From Rhynchobatus australiae (Eukaryota): a stretch of DNA of 64,000 nt. The stretch is from assembly GCA_034780895.1 (NCBI GenBank), contig JAUZTB010000094.1, forward strand, positions 10,264,651 to 10,328,650, written 5' to 3'. Of this stretch, positions 1 through 13,404 are shown piece after piece (within the stretch, counting starts at the first letter, position 1; each line of letters opens with the position of its first letter). The translations under genes and the position numbers were made by a program. Below the pieces are notes generated by a model. That model saw only the letters and a list, made by a program, of their open reading frames with translations. It was not told the DNA's origin and did no database searches.

Positions 1-302
1 ACAGGCTCTTCAGCCCACCAAATCCATGCTAACCATCAAGCACATATTTACACTAATCCTATACTAATCCCATTTTATTCTCCCCACATTCCCATCAATC
101 CCCCCCGGATTCTTCCACTCACCCACACACTAGAGACATTTTGCAGTGGCCAATTAACCTATCAACTTGCATGTCTTTGGAATGTGGCAGGAAACTAGAG
201 CACCCAGGGGAAATGTACGCAAGTCACAGGGAGAACTGGCAGACTCCACATAGACAGCACTTGAGGTCGGGATTAAGCCTGAGTCGCTGGAACTATGAGG
301 CA
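1..302 (-). mobile_element. tRNA-derived SINE (chondrichthyan HE1/V-SINE-like)
   Basis: gtctttggaatgtggcaggaaactagagcaccc...gggagaac...ctccacatagacagcac; same family as copies at 3030, 18890, 39895 and 58977. Confidence 0.75.
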
Positions 303-409
303 TCCACATGATTAAAAATAAAAGAGGTTACACCAGCCATTGAGAAATACATAACTAATTCCTCCATTCACTTATTAACACTGCCCATGTCTGGTTATAC
401 AGGTGTTGG

Positions 410-810
410 GGCCTAGAGAGGGCCTATACTCTCTCGAGTTTAGGAAAATGAGAGGTTATCTCATTGAATCATATAAAATACTTACAGGGCTCGACACACT
501 GAATGTGGGGATGATGCTTCCCTTGGCTGGAGTATCTAAAACTAGCAGTCACAGTCGGCCATTCGGGACAGAAATGGGGAGAAATTTCTTCACCCAGAGG
601 GTGATTGATCTTTGGAATTCTCTCTCCAAGAGGCCTGTGGAGGCTCAGTCACTGAGCATATTCAAGACAGAAACTGATAGACTTTTGAACGTCAAGGAAT
701 TAAGGGATATGGGATGTGCAGGAAAGTGGTGCTGAGGTAAAAGATCAGCCATGGTCTTTTTGAATGGTGGGGCAGGAATGAGGGGTTGAATGACCTACAC
801 CTGATTCTGT
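410..810 (+). mobile_element. CR1-clade LINE 3' fragment (ORF2 C-terminus and 3' UTR)
   Basis: GLYSLEFRKMRGYLIESYKIL...RNFFTQRVIDLWNSL is a typical CR1 ORF2 tail. Confidence 0.85.
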
Positions 811-1084
811 TTATTTGTGGAAAGTCACAGGCTTCATGATTCACCCACTTAAGTCTCAAAGTTTCATTCATGTTTTATAACAAAGAAAGTAGATTGCTTA
901 GCGCACAAAAAGGGGCATCCTGCCACATTGTCCAATTATTAGTCAAAGTGATTTATGAACAAAATAAATGAGTAATTGGCTCTGAGATAAAGGTTGAGGA
1001 GATTTTAGAAAAAAGATTTCATTTAGAGGCAATGGTCTTTAAGAAGGGCACATTCAGACACTGAAAACCTGAAAGAGGTGTGAG

Positions 1085-1230
1085 ATACTACATATGCTGG
1101 AAATCTGAAATGAAAACAGAAGATGTAGGATATACTCGGCAGGTCAGGCAGCCATTCTGTGTAAGACCTGAACCACTAACCCTCCCCTCTCTCTCTCTCC
1201 CTCTCTTTCTCCACAAATATTACCTGAAGA
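1085..1230. repeat. Palindromic MITE-like repeat copy (gatgctggaaatctga family)
   Basis: atgctggaaatctgaaatgaaaacagaag...ctcggcaggtcaggcagc; recurs near 9140, 19125, 36225, 45545, 50277, 52015, 61130 and 62145. Confidence 0.7.
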
Positions 1231-1921
1231 ACATATCCATTTCTTAATCAAGGTGATGGAATGGGAGCTGGTGAAATTAAACTGTTCTCTCTCTTCCACT
1301 GCACTCCCCCACCTCCCTTCCCCAAGTTCCAAATAATTTGCCGACCCTAAGTTATCTGTAGGACATGCTCAATGAGGGTAAAAGAAAATCCCCAGTAAAA
1401 ATGAGGCAGTGGAGTTGCATGAGCAGAATCAGTTGAACATTAGTTCAAACCTTTGCACTGCATAAAATCCAGTAAAATAGCTGAGTCATTATAGGTGNNN
1501 NNNNNNNNNNNNNNNNNNNNNNNNNNNNNNNNNNNNNNNNNNNNNNNNNNNNNNNNNNNNNNNNNNNNNNNNNNNNNNNNNNNNNNNNNNNNNNNNNGTC
1601 ATTATAGGTGCTCATTGATCAACCTAACATCCTTAAATGGATGACGGACAGCAATGGACAGAGTTATGCCCACTGAGACTTGGCTTGATCATTGCACTAG
1701 GTGCAGCAATATACTGCTTGATAACCACTCACACCAAACTAATTAGAAGCACCTCCTCATGCTTTCTTATTTTGAGGATAAGAACATGAAGAGAATGAAC
1801 TAATCCAGACAGGTAAATAGTGCTTTGCTTGGTAAATATGTTTCAATGACAAATCTATTTACTGGACCTCAGTGGTGAAAGAACAATACTTTATGAAAAT
1901 TCAGTTCTTCTGAACATCTCA

Positions 1922-2176
<255 letters not shown>

Positions 2177-2359
2177 TCACATTATAAAAGCAACACCAAC
2201 AAAACCACAGGATAGACATGTAGCTGATAGGAACCTTAACAAGAAAGATTAGTGCCCAATACATTAGTATAAAATGCCCTACGATACCTACTTTCCAGTA
2301 AGGAGGAATCCCAGAAATGGTGTACTTACCTTCCTACCATGGTCCCTGCAATTCATTCT

Positions 2360-2582
2360 CCTTTAAAAAAGCTCTGATGGTGCTCTGGATATATAGTTAG
2401 TAACTGAGATATAAAATCAGGAAGATCACTGTCTTATCTCAAGCTTGTGCTGAGATTGTGATTTGAGCCAGGGTACAACTAATGTCACACCTCTGGGTTA
2501 AAGGAAAAAAAAGAGTTCAGCCAGTGTTCTGGCTCCTGATTGCTATCTGGTGATCCCTATTTCAAATCCAGGTGTGGGCATC
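2360..2582 (+). mobile_element. Old, diverged SINE-like repeat
   Basis: tgtgctgag...agccaggg...ctcctgattgctatctggtgatccct; related segments near 13040-13240, 25860-26090, 35985-36160 and 61440-61630. Confidence 0.45.
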
Positions 2583-3029
2583 AAGTGAAAAAAGGCACTG
2601 GCTCATAACAGCACTTCTGTGTCTGATACCAGAGGCAATAGATATCTGTGAAAATGTTGCTTTTAATCTCGGAAGAAGAAAATAAATAGTTAAAAAAAAC
2701 TTGTTTTAAACAACTCACATCATACCAGGACTCCTTAAAGATGTACATGATGATAAAAAACATGTAAGGAGCACACTTTCAGGAAGTCTTCTGCAGTACA
2801 GAGGACCCTGAAGTTGATTTTCAACTACTCCCCAGATATAAAACCGGCACAGCAAACTGGATGCCTGCCACAGATATGGCCACTTTTTTTCATAATTGAA
2901 ATATAACAGATTACCGATCTACAATGTCAATTTTATACCCAGATAGTCAGTTGGAAGTCTATCCCCATGGCTCAGACAAATGCTGTCATACTACAGCTAA
3001 ATGTGGAAGTGCAGAACAGACTGAACTAA

Positions 3030-3330
3030 GATTTAAAACATCTTTATTAGTCACATGTACATCGAAACACACAGTGAAATGCATCTTTTGCATGGAGTGT
3101 TCTGGGGGCAGCCCGCNNNNNNNNNNNNNNNNNGGCGCCAACATAGCACGCCCACAACTTCCTAATCCGTACGTCTTTGGAATGTGGGAGGAAAGTGGAA
3201 CACCCGGAGGAAACCCACGCAGTTATGGGTAGAACGCATAAACTCCTTACAGACAGTGGCAGGAATTGAACCCAGGACGCTGGCACTGTAATAGCGTTAC
3301 GCTAATCACTATACTACCATGCTGCCCCAA
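3030..3330 (-). mobile_element. Young tRNA-derived SINE
   Basis: CpG-retaining copy: cgtacgtctttggaatgtgggaggaaa...cacccggaggaaacccacgc...ggaattgaacccaggacgctggcactgtaatagcgttacgc (reverse complement of box B/box A head). Confidence 0.85.
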
Positions 3331-4384
3331 CTGCATTCTCCAATGGATACAGTGATAGCAAATCTGACCATTAGAAGCAATAACATTGCATCTTCAGACA
3401 TCAGTTTTGCCTTTCCAGAAGAAAAGCCATTCATTTTTTAAAAATTGCTGTTTAATGTAAGACACTTACCAATCAGAAAAAGCCTGCAAAATCACCGAAT
3501 GAAATATACTGCAAAATAGATTAACCCTTAAACTGCAGGGAAGCTGTTCCCCTGGGACAACTCCTTTATTGAAGGCTTAGTTTGTGCATTAAGACACTGA
3601 AGCAAACCCTAATATTGAAGCAATAAAAATAAGCATTTGTCACATTGAGCTTTATTACTGCAATAGCCTGCTGTGTGGCAGGGTCTTCCAGACAGTGATG
3701 TGTACCTTTTTTTGAACTTAAGAATTATTCTTCCAAAGTTCTCAAAAGACACTGGCAGTGATTTCAACAAACCTAACGGGAAAAAGCAAACAATCTGTGG
3801 GAGCCAATACATCGGTTAAGAGAAATTTAAAGCACTGATCATGGCTATCCCCAACAGTGGAGACTCCACTTTCTACATACAGTGCAAAATGATAGATATG
3901 GCAAGTTTTCGATGGCAAACATTCCCACCAAGAGAAGAAAAATCGGGACATGCCAACATTTTGCACAGGACAGTCAGATGAGAAGAAGTTTCATTTGTGA
4001 TAACCGCACAAAGTTAGACCATTTTACAAGCAAGATAAAATGAACTAAGCCTGAAGGCACAAAGTAAATTGCAAATGTTAGATGCACAATGTCCTAATGT
4101 CTTTCACAAATGTTGCTGCACATGATTTTTCCTTGCAAAATGACAACAAGGCAAGGCCTCTCCAGGGCAGAGTGTGAAAGATGCCAAAAAAGAAAATGAA
4201 TGACAGAAAAGTGGCCATTAAAAGCTGAATGTAAAGACTGAGAAAGCAACTTCATATACATTTATATAGATCAACAAAGTTGAAGAATAACTTCATTGAA
4301 GAGCCTCTGCTGATTTCTGGAGGTTAACATGATTAAGTACACTTTTCTGCGTGATGAAAGGGTGCTTTATTACTTATTAATCTT

Positions 4385-4680
4385 TCTGGATGTGTGCATC
4401 ACTGACACTTATTACCCAACCCTAATTTCCTTGCGAAGGTGGTGCTGAGCCACTGTCTGGTGACACCAGCAGTCCTTCTGGTGATGGTGCTCCCACACTG
4501 CTGTTGGGGAAAGTTCCAGCCATTTAGAACCAGTAACGATGAAGGAATGGCAAAATCTTTCCAAGGCTGGATAGTGTGTGACTGGAGGGGAATCTGCAGG
4601 TGGTGGTGCTCCCATGCGCCTGTTGCCCTTCTCCTTCTTGGTACAGGTTATGGGCTTGGGAGGTGCTCTCAGAGTAACTG
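4385..4680 (-). mobile_element. L2-type LINE 3' end fragment
   Basis: tttattacccaaccctaatttccttgcgaaggtggtgctgagcc is the reverse complement of the common shark LINE tail; same tail near 8250 and 15530. Confidence 0.7.
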
Positions 4681-4748
4681 GTTTGATACCTACATCAGCT
4701 GCAACTTCTTAAATCATCTTTAAGCTTGCAAAGCAATGTACTTCACTA

Positions 4749-4922
<174 letters not shown>

Positions 4923-7900
4923 TTACACCAAATACCCAGGCGATTTACCATTATCCTCCACCCAGAAAGTCAAAATAACCCCAACACATTGTGATACCTT
5001 TGTGAATTGATGATACTCAAGAATGTGAGCCTCTACAGTTACACCAGGGGCTATTTTGCATACACAATGAGAACATACCAGAGTCTATTTTATAATATAC
5101 AGGTCAATAGTAAATGGGGCACTAAATAAGAAGCAGTTACTTAACCAAGAGATTCTACTGAAAGTTCAATTAATAACTTTAAAAGACTGGACTAACGATG
5201 TCAGATAAGCACTTCCAAGTCATTTGCATGCAAAATAAAGTGCCACGCATTCTGCCCAAACTCCAGTTGGGCACTTGCATTACATACAACAGCTGTTGGT
5301 GTTATCTTTGCGTGAGATTGCCAATTCAGCATCAACTGATAAATGATTTCAGCAATTTCTACTGTGGCCCTTACAACTATGAAATGTTGATGTTGCTGCA
5401 CATACCAGACTGAAGCCGCTGCTATCCTTCAACACTAACAAGAAATACAAAAGTTGACTCATGCTGGTCGTACAATAAATGTGAACGGTGAAAAAGTCCC
5501 AAGTGGATCAGTTACCCTTTGTAAGAATTTTCACCTATCTGTAACTTCAATGAATTGGTCTGTTTCCAGACCATAAATGTAGCCAATTTTCATTTATCCC
5601 CCTTTTCAACTACAAACAAGGTTTTCCGAAGCACCCAGTTATAATTCAAACCTCAGCAAGGTTTCAAATTTTCACTTTCAGGAACTTTTGCTCCCATGTG
5701 TCCCTGCAAACATGAAAATCAATATAATGGAATAAACCACTTCAAATATACAATGCGGCTAAAGAAATCAAACAAATTTGTAACATTCACCTCATATGTT
5801 TTGAAATGCTCAAATGGTTGCTTCATTTTCAATGGTGAGCATGTGTTGCTGCAAAAATATGCTTCAATATTTTGGTGATAGGTTCTGGAACTGATTATTA
5901 TCGTATGACACACAACTGCATAACTTAACATTTTTTTAAATTATTGGTGCTGCTTTTGATCAGTTGTCTTCTTTGCTCTGTTACTTTTAAGTTCTCCAGT
6001 TCTCTGCCCTATCTTCCACTCCTTTCTTGATGAACTCTTCCACTCATCAATCAACCCTATTCATCCCTTGCTGAAAATACCACTCAACATTCACAATTTG
6101 ATTTAGTACTTAACTTTCCAGTCCTTCCCAGACTAATGGCTTCATCACAGCATCTGAATGAAGCAATAAAAAGCCTGCCCTTTCTAAAAAGACTGCGCTC
6201 TGTATTTTGGATTGTTAAATTTAACAAATCANNNNNNNNNNNNNNNNNNNNNNNNNNNNNNNNNNNNNNNNNNNNNNNNNNNNNNNNNNNNNNNNNNNNN
6301 NNNNNNNNNNNNNNNNNNNNNNNNNNNNNNNNNNNNNNNNNNNNNNNNNNNNNNAATAGCACTCCTCTGCAACTTCAACCACCGCTCTTTTCACTGAACT
6401 GCACAATTTTATGAAGGTGGAGATGGCAGCTCAGAAACGGTAAACACATGGGTGGCACCCAGGTGGAGACATGCTCCCTCTGTTAAAACATTCTGTAGGC
6501 ATCAGCAGTCATGGATGCAGAAATCAGCCTGATTTGACCAACCAGTGCTTCTTCACATCCATGTAACACTGGTTGGCAGCTTGGAATGGTGCGGCTATAT
6601 AATGAAGCCACCACTGCTGCCACCGAGATTAATTACCGATGTCTGTGATAATGTTTGTGGTTAGAAACTGCAAATATCTTTTCATAAACGCTATGGGTTG
6701 AGACCTCATGCCCACAGGGATAAACGCAATGACACTGCATTCAAGAGATCCTGACACAAATATCATGGTGTGGCTGAGATGAAACTGGCACAATGATGGC
6801 GTCACCTCTGCGGGAGTGATAATCCTTCAAATGGTGAACAGCACAACTCTATGGCAGCCTGTCTTGAAGCAGGGGTAGTAAGAGAGTTGTCTTTTGGCTC
6901 ATCCAGGTTCATGTGGAGCGATCTAACACAGGTCCCGGACTAAAGATAGACGACAATCCAGGCAACACCGTCAGTGCTGATCCTCAAGCACTCTTCCCTT
7001 TCCTCTCAATATTTTCTTAACTCAAAGAAAAATGCATCCGTTGTATGATGGGATTAAAATGCAAGAAGCAATCAAAATGAAGAAATCTACTGGCAAAGGA
7101 AACAGAGAGATAACCAATAATATTCTGTAAAAGGGAATAAAATTTTAAAAAAATCTGGAACAAGTAACTCTATTCTGCATCAGAGGCATGTGTAGGCACT
7201 CCAGCACTCCGCTTGGCAGGACTTCTGTGAATCTACGCTTTAGGGGTAGTACTGGCACTTAAGATGGGAATCATGCCCAAAGATAAGAGGTTGAGAAATT
7301 GCTTTGTGCTTTTTATTTGGCATTAAAACAGTGTTGTAGGTCACCCTAACATTGTTTGTGGAAGTCACAAAGGCAACGAGAACTCAATTGAGAAGTCACA
7401 GTGCTGTCGGGTTCCCCCGCGTGATGCCACACTGAAACTGACAGTGCTGGTTTCAGTGTGGTATCTTCTCTTGATGCTTTGCAAATTCTTACAACTCTCA
7501 GCATGTAGATCTGCAGGTGTAATGTTGCAGCCGACTCTGGAAGTGACACACTGCAGTACAAGCAACATTCTTCTACATACAGGAATGTGTTGCTACAGAA
7601 TGAATGATGGTGCAATGATGGGAAGGGATGAGTACATGCTCCCAGGGGTGAGAAGAACCACAATGGTGGAGAACAATGACCACAGGAGGCATGCTCTTTG
7701 TGCAAGAGACCACAGGGACCCTCCCGGACAACAGCCAGCTGCTCCTAACAAACACTTAATGCAGCTTAAGTGTTGGTCCCTTAAACAAAACAATTTCAAA
7801 GGTAAGGGGGTTTTGTAAAGCCCTGAGTGTTCTCAAAGTAAATAAGAATTGCCATTTTTCAAACCAGTGAGGCTGCAAGCCTCAACACTGGCAAATATCA

Positions 7901-8249
7901 CATATAGCATGCTGTTGAAGTCATTTGGCACAGTCTTACAGTAGAAGTGTTAGTGAGAACAAAAAAACCCGCTGAAAAGCAGAAAAACTTCCTAATGGGC
8001 GATAAGGTGCCCTGAAATACTTGCAAAACTGGTGTACTCCAAGTTAACCACTTTTGCAACTAGACATTGCTTTTTTTAAAAAGTTGCTTTAATGACTTTC
8101 TAGCTCATGAAGTTCAGCAATGAAGCACTAATGAGATGATTTTCATTAAATGATTTTTCATACAATTTTTGCTTCTGAATCACCCATAACTCAATCAAGC
8201 AGGCAAGCTTGCATAGCTTGACCGCTTAAAAAATTCTTCCAGAGGCCTG

Positions 8250-8620
8250 GAAATCACTGGCAAGACCTATTCCTATTGACTTGTGAGAAGTTGGTGATGA
8301 GCTGCCTTTTTGAACCTCTGCTGTCTGGGTGGTGGTATTTTCAAAGGNNNNNNNNNNNNNNNNNNNNNNNNNNNNNNNNNNNNNNNNNNNNNNNNNNNNN
8401 NNNNNNNNNNNNNNNNNNNNNNNNNNNNNNNNNNNNNNNNNNNNNNNAGGGCTGTTGGTTGGGGTTCCAGGATTTCGACCTAGTGAAGATGAAGGCAACA
8501 GCTTAAGTCAAGATAATGTGCAATGAGAAGGGAATTTGGAGCTGATGGCACTTCATATGCCTAACTGTTTTGCTACTCTATGTGGTTGACGCTGCAAGTA
8601 GAGGAGATGCTGTCAAAAAT
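8250..8620 (-). mobile_element. L2-type LINE 3' end fragment (spans a gap)
   Basis: cactggcaag...gagaagttggtgatgagctgcctttttgaac; homologous to 4385-4680. Confidence 0.6.
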
Positions 8621-9639
8621 TTTCCAAGAACCTCCAGCCTACTCCTGCCACCTGCAAGACCCCACAAAATTCAAGCTTGTATCTCAAACTCCATGGCTGC
8701 TCCAAGAATGGAAGAAGGTGAAGAATGTAAGTGTGTGACTTTGTGTTTCTTAAAACTATTTTAACAGTTACTAGTAATAATCATGTGTGCTATTCAACAG
8801 CTGGAGTCATATTGAAAAAAGGGTACTTTATTCCAGTTAGATGAAGGAAAGACTTTAAAATATCAAAGTCCACTTAAGTTTCTGTCAGAGAACATCATGA
8901 ACTAGTCATTGGCAAATATATTACAATGGAACAGGGACACAAAGTTAGTGTACAACTCCCAGCAGATATAATAACCGTCAACCTAGGCACGGTAGAGGTA
9001 AGGGTGCTCAGGCTTACAAACAATACTGTGAAGAATTGCTACCCGATCCGTGGAACCTTTCAGCAACATCAACAAAAGAAAATTACTGCTGTCCTCAACT
9101 TTAATAACAGAGTCCTAATGCAACATTACTGATCCAAAATGTGGACTGTTTCTCGCTCTCTGCAGTTGCTGTCTGAATTGCCGAGAATTTCCAGAAGTGT
9201 CTGCTTTTATTACACATTTCTAGAATCTACAGTATCCTGCTTTTAAGTCATTTCGGGGGAATTCCTGGCATTCATTGGGTATTGTTAGGACTGAGCCTCT
9301 TCGTGCTCTTTTGCTCTAGTGATGAAGCTGTTGTTGGCTGTTGCACCTGCTGGACCCTCTGCCAAAGATACTTTTCCAAGTTTAGACTGAAATGCAAAGA
9401 TGATCTTATGGTCCTATTCTCTGCTGCTATGTTTCATCCCTTTAAAATAATGTAAGTGCAAGGGGCATATGTTAGTTGAATCTGTCCTTACCACAACCCA
9501 TCAGGCCAAATTCCTACGGTTACTCTCAGACATACATTCTTATCTTTTCTTGATTCGTCTCCCATCTCCCTTAATACTCTCTTCGAGTTCATCTACTCCA
9601 TTGAATTTATTCTCATGAAACTGCTGCCCATTCATCTTT

Positions 9640-10290
9640 TCTCCCCTCAGGTACTTCCCCTTAACCCTTTTGTCCACCCAAAACCTTCACCTCCATCTCC
9701 TCTCTGAGGTCCTTGAACATGTTGCAGCTGAACATGTACTTGAGGTCAGCCCCTTTGCCTTGACTACTTCAACACATTTCTAGGCAACCTCCCTTGTTCT
9801 ACCCTCCATAAACCTGGTCATCCAACACCCTGCTCATCATGACCTCCCTTGCACCAAGTCCCACATTCACCCATCATACCTATACTTGCTGACCCACTTG
9901 GTTAAGAGCAATGCCTCAATTTAAAATATGCTTATTCTTATTTGCAAAGCCACCCATGGCTTAATCAGTCCCCATCTCCACAACCTCCTCCAGCCCTACA
10001 ACTCTGAGATGTGCTCCTCAAATTCATACTTCTTATCATCACCAAAGTTAACTGCTCCACTACTGGCAATGGTGCTTACAGATGCCAAAATCCTAAAACT
10101 GTAGAATTCCCTCCCGAAGTCCCTCTACCCCTCTCAAGTTGAAGATGTTCTTAAAATCTCTTTGTCCAAACTTTCAGTTATTTTCTCTAATATGGCACAA
10201 GATCACATTTTACTTGATAACCTTCCTCCAAGGTACCGCGGGACATTGTTTTTTTTATATATTAAAGGTGCTGTATAATTGCAAGGTGTT
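9640..10290 (+). mobile_element. Decayed L2-like LINE 3' region
   Basis: tcacccatcatacctatacttgctgacc...ctcaatttaaaat...cctcctccagccctacaac; related segments at 47200-47370 and 48240-48770. Confidence 0.55.
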
Positions 10291-11789
10291 CAGTACTATT
10301 CTCCATCTGATCTGCACAATGAAGAAATGCAGACTGCAAAATAGATTAGTGAATACATTTTATTCAGTTGTGTTGTGATAAACCATTCAATGTGCTTGTG
10401 TAATGCCTTTGCCTTTATTTATTGTAAACTTTCCGTACTGCTTCTGCATGGACAGTGCTAATAAGTTTGTCTCCCAGTTGAGTAGCACAGTGGGTGACTC
10501 CACAACTAACTGATAAACTGTAAGGAATACAGTTGAGTTGATACTTAACTGGGCCTGGATTACTGCCAAGTCTTCTTTACTGCTGTGGTTTGCAACTCAA
10601 TCAATACTTTCAAAGACAGCACATCCCTCATGCAGGTTCAGTATTTAAGCCGCTCCTGTCGTAGCCTTCACGTAGGCCTGCAGGACAGTATTTCATGATG
10701 TCTGGCCATCTGCCTGAACATAGTTCAGTGGGCATTCATGGGTTATATGAATCCCTCCCTCATGACTGTTTCTAGTTGGACTTACTGAAACAGGCTTGAC
10801 TGCAATTTGAGGCTCTTATGAGAAATGAAGGAACAATCACAAGATGTGCTTCTACTGTACAAGCATGTATAACCAAAGTCTCCAAAGTAGATACATGATC
10901 TTTTATAAACTGCCTTGCAGACGACTGTTATTTCATGGCCCCTCTCAGGTGGAAAATAACAGTGCATATTTTGGTGCTGAACTTCTCCACATAATCCAGA
11001 TTATCTTTCAAAGTAAAACTGTTTTAGTGGTCTACTAGTCTCTGCATTAAAGACTAGGCCTGAAGTGTGCATCCAGTGAAGGGCATACACAACACTGGGC
11101 ATCTGCTTGCTCAATGTATTGAGCTACTTCTGCTATACTGTGCACATGTGAGCCAGTGTCTGGTTGAAGTAGAGATGTTGATGGTTGTTACTTGGTAAGT
11201 GGTATGCTCTAGTTTCAGCTATTGAATGAGTACATTCGCCTTGCTCTGTGAAGAGAGCACATGGTACATTATGAGTAAATTAAGACAATTATTTCATTAG
11301 ATATGCAGTCATTGTAATTCTTACGTATTTGTACAGATTCACTGTGTAAATATCAAAAATATCTTAAAATAGGGTACATACCACAAGAATTGCATTCTCT
11401 TCCAATCTCCACAAACCCCAGGCTTTCCAGCTTGCCCTGCTGAACAGAACTGCAACAGTTTACTTCTAAGGAATGAGGTGTTTGCCATCTNNNNNNNNNN
11501 NNNNNNNNNNNNNNNNNNNNNNNNNNNNNNNNNNNNNNNNNNNNNNNNNNNNNNNNNNNNNNNNNNNNNNNNNNNNNNNNNNNNNNNNNNTCTAAGGAAT
11601 GAGGTGTTTGCCATCTGGGGCTCTGCCCACCTGTTCCAGGTTGCCACCATCCATATATGCAAACATAGAGTTTTAAAGACATGAGCATCGGGGACTGAGA
11701 CAGTGTGTTTACAAATGTGCAAATTCTCCCTGGAGTACATATCTCATCACAGCATATAATGCAATTTGCGTAACTTGCTCTCTCATTTT

Positions 11790-12190
11790 TCAGAATCAGA
11801 ATCAGGTTTATTATCACTGACATGTCATGAAATTTGTTGTTTTGCAGCAGCAGGACAGTGCAAGACGTAAAAATTACTAAAAGTTACCAAAAAAAAGTGC
11901 AAGAGAGGAATAACAAGGTAGAGTTCATCAGTTCATGGACTGTTCTGAAATCTGATGGCAAAGGGGAAGAAGCTGGTCCTAAGACATTGAGTGTGGGTCT
12001 TCATGCTCCTGTAGCTCCTCCTCCGATGGTGACAGTCCTTAGTGATGGATGTCACCTTCTTGAGGCACCACTTCTTGAAGATGTCCTCAATGGTGGTGGG
12101 GGTTGTGCCCGTGATGGGAGCTGACTGAATCTACAACCCTCTGCAGCCTCTTTTGATCCTGCACATTGGAGCCTCCATACCAGGCTGTGA
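11790..12190 (-). mobile_element. LINE 3' fragment with (cagaat)n-type tail
   Basis: cagaatcagaatcaggtttattatcactgacatgtcatgaaatttgttgttttgcagc..., followed by degenerate ORF2-tail sequence. Confidence 0.6.
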
Positions 12191-13404
12191 GTGCAATACC
12201 TTTAGGATACTCTAACCTTAATTACTTTTCTTCTTGTACGCAAAGGTCTTGCCCCTACTTTAAGACAGTCCTTAAAATTTATTTCTTTGACCAAACTTTT
12301 GGTATCTTGTATGGCTTGGTATCAAACTTGTGTTTGAAAATACTCCAATGAAATCCCTTGGGATGGTTAACTTTAAAAGCAAGANNNNNNNNNNNNNNNN
12401 NNNATCGTCCTGCACAATGGGTCTTGACTTGTCAATTTGAAAATACACTTGGCTTAGAATCCTCGCATGCAGCAGATACAGGAAACCTTCAACCCAGTCA
12501 TCTTAGGTTGGATTAAAACGCACATGCAAGAGTTAAACCAAATGACCCAACTAGTCGCTACCAAGGTAGTTAAGAAAACTAAAAATTCTTTGAATGTCTG
12601 GTAGAAGTGGCAAGACCAAAGGGTAGGCACCAGTAAAATTTACAACATAACATGTAACTTATAATAGCTTTGCCAAAGCAAAAGGATTAGATTTATTTTG
12701 ACCCTGGTAGGAAGTAGGGAGGGGCAGTTAAAACGGCTGGGGTATTTTCCTGCCTTGACCAACTTCAAAATTATAAATGGACACCTGCCCTCAGGTGATG
12801 GTGTATTCTTTAAATATACAGAGTTGGCTCCAGTGTCATAAAGAGGTCCTGATCTGTAATTTTAAATCATAAGCTTGACATGGAAAACTAGAAGTGGTTT
12901 CCCTGCCAGGTCAAACTTGCAGGGAAACAGAACAAAGAGCTAGAAAAACAGCAAGATACATTTTAACAAAAATAAATTGTCCGTTTGGATCAGAAAGAAC
13001 AGCAATGAGCCTTGATAGTGAGCTTCAGGTGACTACTTGACCAGGGAATGCATTAAAACCGGTCCAATCCTGTTCTCAAGTACTTAAATGCATTTTCCAC
13101 GAAGAGTCACTGGATAATGTCAGGAGTCGAAATTGTGGCTGTTTTTCTTCTCTCCTCTCCAGAGTAACTTACCATTACTGCAGCCAAGATCACAAAGTCG
13201 GTAATGAAAACTAGGACCTTCTTGGTCCATACTGAGCAATATATTTACTCACAGACTCACCTGGAAACCCTGAAAAATCTCTGGTACTGGATTTTAGGGA
13301 AATGTACAAGATATCATTTTTATCATTGTAATACAATTCTGATATGTACTAAATAATTGCTCTTACGTTCCAAACACTAGAAAAATACATAACAAAAAAG
13401 GTAC

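Noticed and set aside
403-735. 110-aa ORF as an independent gene
   Set aside because: It is the CR1 ORF2 C-terminus, part of a truncated LINE.
3230-3330. tRNA gene suggested by box A/B-like motifs
   Set aside because: It is the head of a tRNA-derived SINE repeated several times in the window; I see no complete cloverleaf.
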